A DNA stretch of 64,000 nt from an uncultured Gemmatimonadales bacterium (GTDB taxonomy: Bacteria; Gemmatimonadota; Gemmatimonadetes; Gemmatimonadales; GWC2-71-9): NCBI GenBank assembly GCA_963730185.1, contig CAVSQW010000015.1, positions 640,001 through 704,000 on the forward strand. Reading direction: 5' to 3'. Under the pieces are notes generated by a model. It worked only from the letters and a program-made list of their open reading frames with translations. It was not told the DNA's origin and did no database searches. The first letter of the stretch is position 1. Each line of letters begins with the position of its first letter. The position numbers and the translations under genes are program-made. Below are positions 32,742 to 44,331 of the stretch, piece after piece.

Positions 32742-33241
32742 GCCCGATCTCGCGCCGTCGCCGCCGCTGGCGGGTGGGACTGGTCCTCGCCGGGTTGGTC
32801 GCGGCGCACTTTTACATCCGGCCCCGTCTTTGGGACAGTCGGGCGGCGCCGGACTTCCTGCTCCTCGCCCTGCTGCTGTTCTCGATCCGGAGCCGGCCGG
32901 GGGTGGCCGCGGTGGCCGGATTCCTGGTCGGGCTGGTCACGGACGTATTGACCCCGGCCCGGTTCGGCGCAGGGGCGCTGGCCCACACCATGGTCGGCTA
33001 CCTGGCGGCCTGGGGCCGAGCGGTGTTCTTTCCGGATAACCTGCTGGTGAACGCTGGACTGTTCGCGGCGGGGACCTGGCTCCGGACCCTGATCCTGCTG
33101 CTGGCCAGCGGGACCACCGCCGCCGAGCTGGCGAGCGTGCTCGCCATCTGGTCACCGATCCAGGCGATTCTCACGGCGTTGGCGGGTGTGCTCGTGGTGT
33201 TGATCTTCAGAGATTGGCTGGCGATTCGGTTGGACGAATGA
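32738..33241 (+). CDS. mreD: Rod shape-determining protein MreD
   Basis: Hydrophobic, PDFLL..GFLVGLVTD; synteny. Confidence 0.9.
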   Translation: MSPISRRRRRWRVGLVLAGLVAAHFYIRPRLWDSRAAPDFLLLALLLFSIRSRPGVAAVAGFLVGLVTDVLTPARFGAGALAHTMVGYLAAWGRAVFFPDNLLVNAGLFAAGTWLRTLILLLASGTTAAELASVLAIWSPIQAILTALAGVLVVLIFRDWLAIRLDE

Positions 33242-35088
33242 GCGTCGCCTTTACCCCCTTTCGAGTTCGGGAGCGGGCCACGGCCGCCGGCCTGGTGCTG
33301 GCGGCGGCCTTCCTCGTGCTGCTGGGCGCGTTCTTCCGGGCCCAGATCATCGGCCAGGAGGATTACCGGCGCCAGTCGGATCAGAACCGGCTCCGCCGGC
33401 TGACCCTCGAGGCGCCTCGGGGCCTGATCCTCGATCGGAACGGGGTGCCGATCGCGGAGAACGCGCCGGGATTCACCGTCAAGCTGCTGGCCAGCTCGCG
33501 CGACTCGCTCCGCGCCGTTCTCCAGCGGCTTCGCCGGTACGCACTGCTCGACGACGACGAGGCCGAGCAGATCGTGCGGCGGTTCCAGTCGGCGCCGTAC
33601 CAGCCCGCGCTGGTCCTATCGAGCGCCAGCATCGAGACGGTGGCCCGCCTCGAGGAGCATCGGTATCTCCTCCCCGGGCTGGTGGTCCGGACCGAGCCCC
33701 GCCGGCTCTACACCGCCGGTCGGGCCGTGTCCCACCTGGTGGGCTACGTGGCCGAGGTGTCGGAGAGCGACCTGGCCAAGGACCGGTATCCCGGCGCCCG
33801 GCCCGGCACGCTGGTCGGCAAGGACGGCCTGGAGGCGCAGTACGATTCCCTGGTCCGGGGCGTCCAGGGTGAGGCGTTCATCGAGGTCGACGCCCGGGGC
33901 CGGCTGGTGCGCGACGAAGGCGAGTCGCCCACTCTCGGCCCGGTGTCGGGTGAACCGATCAAGACCACCATCGACCTCGACCTGCAGGAATACGTCGACA
34001 GTCTCTGGAACGCCGAGCGTCCCAAGACCCGGGGCGCGCTGATCGCGATGGAACCCGACGGCGAGATCCTGTCGCTCTACTCGGCGCCGTCGTTCGATCC
34101 CAACGAGTTCATCGGCGGGATCTCGTCTCAGCGGTGGCGCTCGCTGATCACCGATTCGGCCAAGCCGCTCCTCAACCGGGCCATCAACGGGGCGTTTCCG
34201 CCGGGGTCGCCCTTCAAGCTGGCCACCGCGGTCATCGCGCTCCGGAAGGGGCTGGTCGACTTCGATACCAGGATGCCCGTGCCCTGCACCGGCGGGCTGC
34301 GTTTCGGCAATCGGATCTTCCACTGCTGGAAGCACGCCGGCCACGGCTCGCTCGACCTCACCAGTGCGATCGCGTCGAGCTGCGACGTGTACTTCTACCA
34401 ACTGGGGCTCAGGATCGGGCTCCCGACCCTGCTCGAAGAGGCGACCCGGCTCGGATTCAGCCAGCCGACCGGCATCGACCTCGGGGGCGAGCGGACCTCG
34501 GTGTTTCCCGCGTCGACGGCCTACTACGATCGCCGCTACGGCCCCCGCGGGTGGAGCCCGGCCGTGACCCTCAACCTGGCGATCGGGCAGGGCGAGGACG
34601 ATCAGACCCTAGTCAACATGGTCCGGTTCTACGCGGCGCTGGCGGGAGACGGCACCCTCCCCACACCCTACATCGTGGCGCCGGACCGGCCGGCCAAGCC
34701 GATCTCCCTCGGGCTCACGCCGGAACAGCTGGCGGGCTTGCGCCACGCGATGGTCGAGGTGGTGCAGCGGGGCACCGCGGCGGCCAGCGGCGGCAAGGAC
34801 ATCGACGTGGCCGGCAAGACGGGGTCCGCCCAGAACGCCCACGGTCCCGACCACGGCTGGTTCATCGCCTTCGCTCCAGCGGACCATCCCAAGGTCGTCG
34901 TCGGCAGCATCATGGAATTCGCCGTCCACGGCTCGTTCGTCGCGCCGTTCGTCGTGAAGGTGATCCGCCACTACCTCGAGCAGATCGATCCGTCGGTCAA
35001 GGACGCCCCGGTCCGGGTGATGATCCAGGAGGATTCGGCGACCACCGCGTCCGAGCTGCCAGCGGACTCCGTCGTCAGGCCGCGGTGA
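33238..35088 (+). CDS. mrdA: Penicillin-binding protein 2
   Basis: APRGLILDRNG, PGSPFK, SCD, KTG motifs. Confidence 0.96.
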   Translation: MSVAFTPFRVRERATAAGLVLAAAFLVLLGAFFRAQIIGQEDYRRQSDQNRLRRLTLEAPRGLILDRNGVPIAENAPGFTVKLLASSRDSLRAVLQRLRRYALLDDDEAEQIVRRFQSAPYQPALVLSSASIETVARLEEHRYLLPGLVVRTEPRRLYTAGRAVSHLVGYVAEVSESDLAKDRYPGARPGTLVGKDGLEAQYDSLVRGVQGEAFIEVDARGRLVRDEGESPTLGPVSGEPIKTTIDLDLQEYVDSLWNAERPKTRGALIAMEPDGEILSLYSAPSFDPNEFIGGISSQRWRSLITDSAKPLLNRAINGAFPPGSPFKLATAVIALRKGLVDFDTRMPVPCTGGLRFGNRIFHCWKHAGHGSLDLTSAIASSCDVYFYQLGLRIGLPTLLEEATRLGFSQPTGIDLGGERTSVFPASTAYYDRRYGPRGWSPAVTLNLAIGQGEDDQTLVNMVRFYAALAGDGTLPTPYIVAPDRPAKPISLGLTPEQLAGLRHAMVEVVQRGTAAASGGKDIDVAGKTGSAQNAHGPDHGWFIAFAPADHPKVVVGSIMEFAVHGSFVAPFVVKVIRHYLEQIDPSVKDAPVRVMIQEDSATTASELPADSVVRPR

Positions 35089-36326
35089 GCCGGAACGGGC
35101 TGGACCGCCGCCTCCTGGTGGTGTTGGGGCTGCTCTGCGCCTATGGCCTGGCGATGGTCTACTCCTCGGGTCAGACCGACGTTCCCTCCTACGCTCAGAA
35201 CGCCTGGATGCGCCAGCTCGGATGGATGGGGCTGGCCATCGTGGCCGGCACCGTCTCGTTCCGGGTGTCGATGCGGATCCTCGAATGGGCCGCGCCGGGC
35301 CTCTACGTCGTCGCCCTCGGCCTCCTGGTCCTCACCCTGTTCATCGGGACCGGGGCGGGGACGGCGGCGAGCTCCAAGAGCTGGCTCGCGATCGGCGGGC
35401 ATCGACTCGGCCAACCGGTCGAGCTGGCGAAGCTCGCCACGATCCTGCTCCTGGCGCGATACCTCTCCGGGCTCCGCCAGCCGCCCGTCACGCTCCGCCA
35501 GCTGGTCAAGCCCGGCCTCATCATCGGGGCGCCCTTCCTCCTGGTGATGGCGCAACCCGATCTGGGCAGCGCGATCGTGTTTGCCGGGATCCTGTTCGCC
35601 ATGCTGTTCTGGACCGGAGTGCGGCCCTCGCTCCTGATCTTGCTGGCGTCGCCGGTGGTGAGCCTGCTCCTTGCGGTCGACACCCGCTGGTGGGGCGCCT
35701 GGATCCTGCTGCTCACCCTGCTGCTCCTCCTCTGGCGAACGTACGTCAGCGAAGGGGTCTTCATCTGGGTGGTGAACTCGGCCATGGGTGTCTTCGCCAT
35801 CGTGCTCTGGAACCGGCTCAAGCCGTATCAGCAGCAGCGGCTGATCTCGTTCCTGAATCCCGAGGCCGATCCGATCCACTCCGGCTACCAGGCGATCCAG
35901 TCGAAAGTGGCGATCGGATCGGGCGGCTGGTTCGGGAACGGCTGGCTGCAAGGGCCCCAGAAACGGCTGGCGTTTCTGCCCGAACAGCCGACCGACTTCA
36001 TTTTTTCCGTGGTCGGCGAGGAGCTGGGATTCGTCGGTGTGCTGGCGGCGCTGTTGCTGTTCTTCGCACTCTTTCTGACCCTGGTCCGGATCGCCCGGCG
36101 GGCCACCGACACCTTCAGCAGCCTGGTGGTGTTCGGCGTTCTCGGGTTGCTGTTCACCCACGTCTTCGAGAACGTGGGAATGACCATCAACCTGATGCCG
36201 ATCACCGGCATTCCGCTGCCGTTCTTCTCGTACGGGGGTTCCTTCGTGCTGTCCTGCGGAATCTCGATGGGGCTCTGCTTCCGGGTTGCCTGGGACTCGC
36301 GACTCGGCGGCTATGCTGATGTGTAG
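35085..36326 (+). CDS. rodA: SEDS glycosyltransferase RodA
   Basis: QPVELAK, QPDLG, AIGSGG, TDFIF, TGIPLPFFSYGGS; GTG start 35085. Confidence 0.96.
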   Translation: MSRNGLDRRLLVVLGLLCAYGLAMVYSSGQTDVPSYAQNAWMRQLGWMGLAIVAGTVSFRVSMRILEWAAPGLYVVALGLLVLTLFIGTGAGTAASSKSWLAIGGHRLGQPVELAKLATILLLARYLSGLRQPPVTLRQLVKPGLIIGAPFLLVMAQPDLGSAIVFAGILFAMLFWTGVRPSLLILLASPVVSLLLAVDTRWWGAWILLLTLLLLLWRTYVSEGVFIWVVNSAMGVFAIVLWNRLKPYQQQRLISFLNPEADPIHSGYQAIQSKVAIGSGGWFGNGWLQGPQKRLAFLPEQPTDFIFSVVGEELGFVGVLAALLLFFALFLTLVRIARRATDTFSSLVVFGVLGLLFTHVFENVGMTINLMPITGIPLPFFSYGGSFVLSCGISMGLCFRVAWDSRLGGYADV

Positions 36327-36434
36327 CAACGGTTTGCCTGTCAAGGGCTGGCGCGGCGTGACTGGAACCGCCAGATTCCACGTCCCTGTAGCGATCGCGC
36401 ATCAAGGGGTCTTCGCCATGAGCCCATGGCCGTG

Positions 36435-37304
36435 ATGGCTTGGTTCAAGAAGGAAAGAAAGCCTCGCGCTTCCCAGCGGGCTCGGCTCGAGATCCCTCGA
36501 GACGCTTGGGACAAGTGCGAAGCGTGTGACCACGTCGATATCCGCGAGAAGTTCGAGCGGAACCTCAACGTCTGTCCGAACTGTGGCCACCATCGTCGCT
36601 TCTCGGCGGAGGAATACGTCGAGCTCCTCAGCGACGGGGGGAGCTGGCGCGAGCTGTATGCGTCGCTCCGGCCGCTCGATCCGCTCGGCTTCGAGCAGTA
36701 TCCCGACCGAACCCGCGCCTCGCAACAGAAGACCGGCCAGCTCGACGCGATCTTTACCGGGGTGGGGAAGCTCGAGGGCATTCCGCTCCACCTCGGGGTG
36801 ATGAACTTCGCCTACATGGGCGGGTCGATGGGGTCGGTGGTGGGCGAGAAGATCGCTCGGCTCGCGCGCCGGGCCGCCGGCAAGAAATCGTCGATGGCGC
36901 TGGTCTGTACCTCGGGCGGAGCGCGGATGCAGGAGGGCGTGCTCTCGCTGATGCAGATGGCCAAGACCTCCGCCGCGATCGCCGAGCTCAAGCGCGCCTC
37001 CCTCCCGTTCCTCACCATCCTGACCAATCCCACCACCGGCGGCGTCTCCGCGAGCTTCGCGATGCAGGGCGACGTGATCCTGGCCGAGCCGGGCGCGGTG
37101 ATCGGCTTTGCCGGGCAGCGGGTGATCAAGCAGACCATCGGGCAGGACCTGCCCGAGGGCTTCCAGACGGCCGAGTTCCTGTTGGAGCACGGGCAGGTCG
37201 ACGACGTGGTGCCCCGGAGCTCGCTGCGCGAGACCACCGCGCGGCTCCTTCGCCACATGCTCGGGCACCGGGTCGCGGAGTCGAGCGAGGCGGCCCCGTC
37301 CTAG
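36435..37304 (+). CDS. accD: Acetyl-CoA carboxylase carboxyltransferase beta
   Basis: C4 zinc finger, GGSMGSVVGE, SGGARMQEG, PTTGGVSASFA. Confidence 0.97.
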   Translation: MAWFKKERKPRASQRARLEIPRDAWDKCEACDHVDIREKFERNLNVCPNCGHHRRFSAEEYVELLSDGGSWRELYASLRPLDPLGFEQYPDRTRASQQKTGQLDAIFTGVGKLEGIPLHLGVMNFAYMGGSMGSVVGEKIARLARRAAGKKSSMALVCTSGGARMQEGVLSLMQMAKTSAAIAELKRASLPFLTILTNPTTGGVSASFAMQGDVILAEPGAVIGFAGQRVIKQTIGQDLPEGFQTAEFLLEHGQVDDVVPRSSLRETTARLLRHMLGHRVAESSEAAPS

Positions 37305-37306
37305 CG

Positions 37307-38548
37307 GTGCCCCTCTCCTACCAGCAGTCGCTCGCCTTTCTCTTTCCTCGCACCACCACCATCAAGTTCGGTCTCGAGCGGACCGAGCAACTCCTGGCGT
37401 CGCTCGGTGATCCTCACCGGGTGGTCCCGGCGGTGCACGTGGGCGGAACCAATGGAAAGGGCAGCGTCGTGGCCCTCGCTGCCGCGGCCCTGGCGGAGGC
37501 CGGGTGGAAGGTGGGGGTGTACACCTCGCCCCACCTGGTGGACTTCCGGGAGCGGGTGACGGTCGACGGCGTCCCGATCTCGCCCGACGCGGTGGCCATG
37601 TGGACCAACCGGCTCCGGCCCCTGATCGACGAGCTCGGGGCCACCTTCTTCGAGGTCACGTCCGCCATCGCGTTCGCGGACCTGGCCGCCCGGGGCGCCG
37701 AGATCGCGGTGGTCGAGGTGGGGCTCGGCGGCCGGCTCGACAGCACCAACGTCCTCCGCCCGCTGGTGAGCGCGGTTACCAAGATCGAGATGGACCACCA
37801 GAGATATCTGGGCGACACCTTGGAGGCGATTGCCCGGGAAAAGGCGTGGATCGCCAAGCCGGAGGCGCCATTCGTGGTCGGGGAGACCCGGCCGGAGCTG
37901 ATCTCGGTGCTCCGGGAGGAGGCGCGCCGGTCGGTCCGGGCGGTCGCCCCGGCCGGGCAGCTCGACTTTCGGGTCATGCCCGCCGAGGTGAGGTGGGAGG
38001 GGGAGCTCGGGCTGCTCGGTGCCCACCAACGCCGAAACGCGGCGGTCGCGCACGGCGTGCTCGCGGCCTTGCCCGAACGGTGGCGGCCGGATCGAGACGC
38101 GATCGCGCGGGGCTTCGCCCGCGCGCGGGTCCCGGGCCGCCTCGACTGGCGGGGGCGCTGGCTCTTCGACGTGGCGCACAATCCGGACGGCATGCGGTCC
38201 CTGGTTCGGGCTCTCGACCAGCTCCGTCCCCCGCGTCCGATCCACGCGGTGGTCTCCATCTTGGGCGAGAAGGCCTGGCCCGAGATGCTGGTGGAGCTCG
38301 ACCGGGCGATCGACGTGGGGGTCCTGACCATCGCACCGACCGCCGACACCCGCCGGTGGGACCTGGGCTGGCTCCGGCGCTGGCTCAAGAACCCTCGCCG
38401 GCCCCCGGCCCGGGCCGAGTGGCACCTGGTGCCCCGGTTTCCAAAGGCCCTCGAGCTCGCCGCGCGGGGGGCCGGGACCATCCTGGTGACGGGCTCGTTC
38501 CATACCGTGGGCGACGTGATGGCCGCGGTGGGCCTGGCGCCGTTCTGA
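37307..38548 (+). CDS. folC: Folylpolyglutamate/dihydrofolate synthase
   Basis: GTNGKGS, YTSPHL, EVGLGGRLDSTN, DVAHNP, TGSF. Confidence 0.96.
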   Translation: MPLSYQQSLAFLFPRTTTIKFGLERTEQLLASLGDPHRVVPAVHVGGTNGKGSVVALAAAALAEAGWKVGVYTSPHLVDFRERVTVDGVPISPDAVAMWTNRLRPLIDELGATFFEVTSAIAFADLAARGAEIAVVEVGLGGRLDSTNVLRPLVSAVTKIEMDHQRYLGDTLEAIAREKAWIAKPEAPFVVGETRPELISVLREEARRSVRAVAPAGQLDFRVMPAEVRWEGELGLLGAHQRRNAAVAHGVLAALPERWRPDRDAIARGFARARVPGRLDWRGRWLFDVAHNPDGMRSLVRALDQLRPPRPIHAVVSILGEKAWPEMLVELDRAIDVGVLTIAPTADTRRWDLGWLRRWLKNPRRPPARAEWHLVPRFPKALELAARGAGTILVTGSFHTVGDVMAAVGLAPF

Positions 38549-38601
38549 CTTTCCCGGCTGCCGGGGTTCGAGCCCCGGGCCGCCCTCTTATATTTCCCGC
38601 C

Positions 38602-39924
38602 ATGTCGATCCAGGGCTTGCCCGGTTTCCGAGATTTCTACCCCGAGGTGCTCGCCGAGCGCTCTCATGTGTTCGGCGCCATGCGTCGGGTGGCCACTCGA
38701 TACGGGTTCGAGGAGTGGGACGGTCCGCCGCTCGAGGCGTTGGAGCTCTATACCCAGAAGAGCGGGGACGAGATCGTCGGGCAGCTCTACCACTTTACCG
38801 ACAAGGGCGGGCGGGAGGTGGCGCTCCGCCCGGAGATGACCCCGTCGTTGGCCCGGATGGTGGCGCCGAGGGCCAACGGCCTCAAGAAGCCGATCCGCTG
38901 GTTCACGATCCCCCAGCTCTTCCGCTACGAGCGCCAGCAGCGGGGCCGGCTTCGAGAGCATTTCCAGCTCAACTGCGACCTGATCGGGGAGCTGGGTCCC
39001 GCGGGCGACGCCGAGATCATCGCCCTCGCGATCGACGTGATGCGCGAGCTGGGACTCGGAGCGACCGACGTCCGAGTCAGGGTGAGCGACCGCCGGCTCC
39101 TGACCGTGCTGCTCCGGGAGGCCGGGATCGGCGACCCGCAGATGGAGGCGGCTTATCACGCCCTCGACAAGCTGGGCCGGGGGGAGTACGAGACCCGGCG
39201 CCGCGGTCTGATCGCCGCCGGCGTGAGCGAGGACGCGATCGGACGGCTGGAGGGGCTCCCCGGGATCCGGACCTGGGCCGATCTCGAGCTGGCCTACCCG
39301 GACGCCGCCCAGGCGGGTGAGCCGCTCCGGACCACGTTCGACGCGCTCGAATCGATGGGCCTGGGCGATTTCCTGGACCTCGATCTGACCATCGTCAGAG
39401 GCCTGGCTTACTACACCGGCACCGTCTTCGAGCTGTTCGACGCCGGTCGGACCTTGCGGGCGATCTGCGGCGGCGGGCGCTATGACCACCTCCTCCACCA
39501 GCTGGGCGGCGTGGACCTCCCCGCGCTGGGCTTCGGAATGGGTGACGTGGTACTGACCGAGCTGCTCCGCGAGCGCGGCCTCCTTCCCGGACTGGGCGCC
39601 ACGGCCGACCTGTTCGTCGCCTTCGTGACGCCCGACGACCGGGCGCCGGGCCTGGGCCTGGTCCACCGGCTCAGGGACGCCGGCTTTCGGGTCGAGTATC
39701 CGCTCGGCGAGCAGGCCCTGGCTAAGCAGCTCCGCCTGGCGACGGCCCGCGGCGCGCGGCTGGCGCTGGTCCTCGGCCCGGACGATCGGCGCCGGGGTGA
39801 GGTGATGGTCAAGGATCTGATGCGAAGCACCCAGCAGGCGGTGCCGCTCGCCGACGTGGAGACCCTGCTCGCGGCGCGGCTCGCCGACGACGGGTCGGCG
39901 CCGGCCGACGCCCCGTCTCGCTGA
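38602..39924 (+). CDS. hisS: Histidine--tRNA ligase
   Basis: [34 protein letters not shown]. Confidence 0.97.
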   Translation: MSIQGLPGFRDFYPEVLAERSHVFGAMRRVATRYGFEEWDGPPLEALELYTQKSGDEIVGQLYHFTDKGGREVALRPEMTPSLARMVAPRANGLKKPIRWFTIPQLFRYERQQRGRLREHFQLNCDLIGELGPAGDAEIIALAIDVMRELGLGATDVRVRVSDRRLLTVLLREAGIGDPQMEAAYHALDKLGRGEYETRRRGLIAAGVSEDAIGRLEGLPGIRTWADLELAYPDAAQAGEPLRTTFDALESMGLGDFLDLDLTIVRGLAYYTGTVFELFDAGRTLRAICGGGRYDHLLHQLGGVDLPALGFGMGDVVLTELLRERGLLPGLGATADLFVAFVTPDDRAPGLGLVHRLRDAGFRVEYPLGEQALAKQLRLATARGARLALVLGPDDRRRGEVMVKDLMRSTQQAVPLADVETLLAARLADDGSAPADAPSR

Positions 39925-40000
39925 CACACACGTCGGATTCGCGCCGGAGGGTCGGTGGCGAATCCGACCCGGGCACGAACCTTTTCCCCGCGCGGTACCG

Positions 40001-41452
40001 ATGAGTGAATCCAAAGGTCTGACCTCCCGAGCCCAGGACTTCAGCGCCTGGTACAACGAGCTGGTGCTCCGAGCCGAGCTGGCGGACTACAGCCCGGTCC
40101 GGGGCTGCATGGTGATCCGGCCCAACGGCTACGCGATCTGGGAGGAGATGCAGGCGGCCCTGGACCGGATGTTCAAGGAAACCGGGCATCAGAACGCCTA
40201 CTTCCCCCTGCTCATCCCCCAGAGCTTTCTGGCCAAGGAGGCCGAGCACGTCGAGGGCTTCGCCCCCGAGACCGCGGTGGTCACCCACGGCGGCGGCAAG
40301 GAGTTGGAGGAGCCGCTGGTGATTCGGCCCACCTCCGAGACCATCATCGGCGCGATGTTCGCCAAGTGGATCCAGAGCTATCGCGACCTCCCGGTGCTGC
40401 TCAACCAGTGGGCCAACGTGGTCCGCTGGGAGCTTCGGACCCGGCTCTTCCTGAGGACCACCGAGTTCCTCTGGCAGGAAGGCCACACGGCCCATGCCAC
40501 CGAGGCAGAGGCGGAGGAAGAGACGCTTCGGATGCTGGGCGTCTATCGCCGGTTCATGGAGGACTACATCGCGCTCCCGGTGGTGACCGGCCGGAAGACG
40601 GAGAGCGAGAAGTTCGCCGGGGCCCTCCGGACCTTCGCCTGCGAGGCCCTGATGCAGGACAACAAGGCCCTGCAGATGGGGACCAGCCACAGTCTGGGGC
40701 AGAACTTCGCCCGGGCCTTCGACATCACCTTTCAGACCGCCGAGGGCGACCTCGACTACGTCTGGAGCACGTCGTGGGGCTCGTCGACCCGGATGGTGGG
40801 CGGTCTGATCATGGCTCACGGCGACGACGCCGGGCTGGTCTGTCCGCCCCGGCTGGCGCAGTTCCAGGTGGTGATCGTTCCGATCTATCGGGCCGACGCG
40901 GAGCGGGCCCAGGTGGTCGAGGCGGCCCACCGGTTGGCGGCCGAGCTCCGGAGCGGCGGCGTCCGGGTGCACGTGGACGATCGCGACGGGCTCAAGCCCG
41001 GGGCGAAGTACTACGAGTGGGAGGTTCGCGGCGTCCCTTTCCGGCTCGAGCTCGGGCCCCGTGACCTGGCCAAGGAGAGCGTGATGCTCAAGCGCCGGAC
41101 CGGCGGCGACAAGACCTCGCTACCGATGGCGGAGCTGGCGCCGGCCATCCGACGGGAGATGGACACGATGCAGCGAGCTCTGCTGGAACAGGCCCGGGAG
41201 CGGCGGGACCAGAACAGCTTGCGGGGGCCGAAGAGCAAGCAGGAGTTCATCGACTACCTCGAAGGGGGCGGCGGGTTCGTGTACGCCGGCTGGAACGGCG
41301 ATCCCGCCGTGGAGACCGAGATCAAGAACCTGACCAAGGCGACGATCCGGGTCATTCCCGATCCGGAGTTCCGCTCGGAGGCGGCGCCCGAGCGCTGCAT
41401 CTGGACGGGCGAGCCGGCGCGACACGAGGTCGTGTGGGCTCGGGCGTATTGA
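40001..41452 (+). CDS. proS: Proline--tRNA ligase, archaeal/eukaryote-like type
   Basis: [25 protein letters not shown]-terminal ARAY. Confidence 0.97.
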   Translation: MSESKGLTSRAQDFSAWYNELVLRAELADYSPVRGCMVIRPNGYAIWEEMQAALDRMFKETGHQNAYFPLLIPQSFLAKEAEHVEGFAPETAVVTHGGGKELEEPLVIRPTSETIIGAMFAKWIQSYRDLPVLLNQWANVVRWELRTRLFLRTTEFLWQEGHTAHATEAEAEEETLRMLGVYRRFMEDYIALPVVTGRKTESEKFAGALRTFACEALMQDNKALQMGTSHSLGQNFARAFDITFQTAEGDLDYVWSTSWGSSTRMVGGLIMAHGDDAGLVCPPRLAQFQVVIVPIYRADAERAQVVEAAHRLAAELRSGGVRVHVDDRDGLKPGAKYYEWEVRGVPFRLELGPRDLAKESVMLKRRTGGDKTSLPMAELAPAIRREMDTMQRALLEQARERRDQNSLRGPKSKQEFIDYLEGGGGFVYAGWNGDPAVETEIKNLTKATIRVIPDPEFRSEAAPERCIWTGEPARHEVVWARAY

Positions 41453-42762
41453 CCGTCTCGCGGCTCTGGGACGACCCGCTCGAGCTGTTCGCCGACGCGG
41501 GGCTCGAGCGGGACGGGAGCGGCTTGCTCCGGTTGGGCGGGGTGTCGCTCGAAGCCGTCGCGGCCGACGTCGGCACCCCGGTCTACGTCTATCACGCCGC
41601 GCCGATCCGGGCTCGCTACGCCGAGCTGACGGAGGCGTTCGGGGCGCTGGAACCGCGGCTCCATTACGCGGTCAAGGCCAACAGCAGTCTGGCCATCCTG
41701 CGGTTGCTCGGGGGGCTCGGGTCCGGGGCCGACATCGTGTCCGGCGGCGAGCTCCAGCGGGCGCTCCGGGCCGGCATCCCGCCCGAGCGGATCGTGTTCA
41801 GCGGCGTCGGGAAGACCGAGGCGGAGCTCGACGGGGCCTGCCGGGCGGGGGTCGGGAGCATCAATCTCGAATCCGGCGACGAGCTCACGGCCCTGGAACG
41901 GGTGGTGGCCCGCCGGAACGCCCCGGGCGCGGTCGGGGTCGGCATCCGGGTCAATCCCGACCTCCGGGCCGACACCCATCAGTACATCACCACCGGCGGC
42001 GAGGGGATCAAGTTCGGGGTCGATCCCACCCAGGCCAAGGACATGGCCCGCCGAATCACCGCCAACCCGCGGCTCCGGCTCACCAGCCTGGCCATGCACC
42101 TGGGGAGCCAGATCCTCGACCCCGCGGTGTTCGCGGAGGGGGCCCGCCGGCTCCGGGAGCTGGCGGAGGAACTGGTAACCCGGGGCGCCGCCGGGCTCGG
42201 GACGCTCGACCTCGGCGGCGGGTTCGGGATCCGGTACGATCGGGAGACGCCTCCGACCCCGGCCCAGCTCGCGGCGGCGCTCGGGCCGGTGCTGGCCGAC
42301 CGACGATTCGCGGTGCACCTCGAGCCCGGCCGATTCCTGGTGGGGAGCGCCGGCGTGCTGCTGGCCCGGGTGCTCTATCGGAAGCGCTCGGGGTCCAAGA
42401 CATTCGTGGTGGTCGACGCCGCCATGAACGATCTCCTCCGACCCAGCCACTACGAGGCCCATCACGCGGTGGTGGAGGTGCGGGCCCGGGGCCGGGAGGC
42501 CCGGCCGGTCGACGTGGTTGGCCCGGTCTGCGAGACCGGCGATTTCCTGGCCCTGGACCGGTCACTGCCCGAGGTCGTGTCCGGCGAGCTGATCGCCATT
42601 CTCTGCGTCGGCGCCTACGGTTTCGTCATGGCGTCCAATTACAACAGTCGCCCGCGGCCGCCGGAGATCCTGGTCGATCGCGGGCGTTTCGCTCTCTGCC
42701 GCCCCCGCGAGACGGTCGACGACCTCCTCGCGGGCGAGCGGCTCGACCCCTTCGCCACCTGA
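41449..42762 (+). CDS. lysA: Diaminopimelate decarboxylase
   Basis: [30 protein letters not shown]. Confidence 0.96.
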   Translation: MTVSRLWDDPLELFADAGLERDGSGLLRLGGVSLEAVAADVGTPVYVYHAAPIRARYAELTEAFGALEPRLHYAVKANSSLAILRLLGGLGSGADIVSGGELQRALRAGIPPERIVFSGVGKTEAELDGACRAGVGSINLESGDELTALERVVARRNAPGAVGVGIRVNPDLRADTHQYITTGGEGIKFGVDPTQAKDMARRITANPRLRLTSLAMHLGSQILDPAVFAEGARRLRELAEELVTRGAAGLGTLDLGGGFGIRYDRETPPTPAQLAAALGPVLADRRFAVHLEPGRFLVGSAGVLLARVLYRKRSGSKTFVVVDAAMNDLLRPSHYEAHHAVVEVRARGREARPVDVVGPVCETGDFLALDRSLPEVVSGELIAILCVGAYGFVMASNYNSRPRPPEILVDRGRFALCRPRETVDDLLAGERLDPFAT

Positions 42763-42768
42763 GGGACC

Positions 42769-44319
42769 GTGCCCCGGAACGCCATCCTCATTCTCGACTA
42801 CGGCTCGCAATTCACCCAGCTCATCGCCCGGCGGGTCCGGGAAGCCCACGTGTACTGCGAAATCCATCCGCCGACCCGCTCGGTCGCCTGGATCAAGGAC
42901 TGGGACCCGAAGGGCATCATTCTCTCCGGCGGACCGAACTCGGTCTACGAAGCGGGAGCCCCGACCGCGGAGGCCGCCCTCTTCGAGCTGGGCCCGCCGG
43001 TTCTCGGCCTTTGTTACGGGATGCAGGTCATGGCGCGCGCCCTCGGCGGCGACGTGGTGGCCGCCGGGCGACGGGAGTATGGCCGGGCCCAGGCCAAGGT
43101 CGAGGGCGGCCGGCTCTTCTCGAGCTTCTCGCCCGGTGAAGTCACGACCGTCTGGATGAGCCACGGTGACCACCTCGCGACCCTGCCGCCGGGGTTCAAG
43201 CTGACCGCTTCGAGCGACAACTCCCCGGTCGCCGGGATGGAGCACCTGACCCGGCCGCTCCACGCGGTGCAGTTCCACCCCGAGGTCGCCCACACCGCCC
43301 GGGGCGGGGAGATCATCAACGCCTTCCTGTTCGACGTCTGCCGGTGCGAGCCCGACTGGACCTCGGCCCATTTCGTCGAGACCGAGGTCGATCGGATCCG
43401 GGAGAGCGTGGGGCCGACCGCCCGAGTCATCTGCGGACTCTCGGGAGGCGTGGATTCGTCGGTCGCGGCCGCGCTGGTCCACCGAGCGGTGGGCGACCGG
43501 CTGACCTGCATCTTCGTGGATCACGGGTTGCTCCGGCTCCACGAGCGCGACCAGGTGGAGCAGACCTTCCGCCGGCACCTCGGCATCGATCTCCGGGTGG
43601 TGGACGCGAGCGAGCGCTTCCTCACGGACCTGGCCGGAGTGACCGACCCCGAGGTCAAGCGGAAGAAGATCGGCCATGCCTTCATCGAGGTGTTCGAGGC
43701 CACCGCCGCCGAGGTCGGCGACGGGGTGGAGTGGCTGGTGCAGGGGACCCTCTATCCCGACGTGATCGAGTCGGTCTCGCCCCGGGGTGGTCCGTCAGTC
43801 ACCATCAAGACCCACCACAACGTGGGCGGCCTGCCGGAGCGGCTCCCCTTCAAGCTGCTCGAGCCGCTCCGCGAGCTCTTCAAGGACGAGGTCCGGGCCG
43901 TCGGCCGTGATCTCGGGCTGCCCGAAGAGATCGTCGGCCGGCATCCGTTCCCCGGCCCCGGTCTGGCGATCCGGATCCTGGGCGACGTGACCCGCGAGTC
44001 GCTGGAGCTGCTTCGCCAGGCCGACGCGATCTATCTCGACGAGATCCGATCGGCCGGGCTCTACGACGACATCTGGCAGGCGTTCGCGGTGCTGCTCCCG
44101 ATCCGCTCGGTCGGCGTCCAGGGCGACTTCCGGACCTACGACCAGGTCATCGGACTTCGGGCCGTGACCAGCCGCGACGGGATGACCGCCGACTGGTTCC
44201 CGTTCCCCCCCGAGGTGCTGGCGGTGATGTCGAATCGGATCGCGAACGAGGTCCGGGGCGTGAATCGGGTGGTCTACGACGTGAGCTCCAAGCCGCCCGC
44301 CACCATCGAGTGGGAATAG
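42769..44319 (+). CDS. guaA: GMP synthase (glutamine-hydrolysing)
   Basis: [32 protein letters not shown]. Confidence 0.99.
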   Translation: MPRNAILILDYGSQFTQLIARRVREAHVYCEIHPPTRSVAWIKDWDPKGIILSGGPNSVYEAGAPTAEAALFELGPPVLGLCYGMQVMARALGGDVVAAGRREYGRAQAKVEGGRLFSSFSPGEVTTVWMSHGDHLATLPPGFKLTASSDNSPVAGMEHLTRPLHAVQFHPEVAHTARGGEIINAFLFDVCRCEPDWTSAHFVETEVDRIRESVGPTARVICGLSGGVDSSVAAALVHRAVGDRLTCIFVDHGLLRLHERDQVEQTFRRHLGIDLRVVDASERFLTDLAGVTDPEVKRKKIGHAFIEVFEATAAEVGDGVEWLVQGTLYPDVIESVSPRGGPSVTIKTHHNVGGLPERLPFKLLEPLRELFKDEVRAVGRDLGLPEEIVGRHPFPGPGLAIRILGDVTRESLELLRQADAIYLDEIRSAGLYDDIWQAFAVLLPIRSVGVQGDFRTYDQVIGLRAVTSRDGMTADWFPFPPEVLAVMSNRIANEVRGVNRVVYDVSSKPPATIEWE

Positions 44320-44331
44320 TCCGAGGCGGGC

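Noticed and set aside
38561..38578. CCGGGGTTCGAGCCCCGG resembling a tRNA T-arm before hisS
   Set aside because: No cloverleaf, imperfect T-loop geometry, and it lies upstream of the predicted hisS -10, so probably not in the leader.
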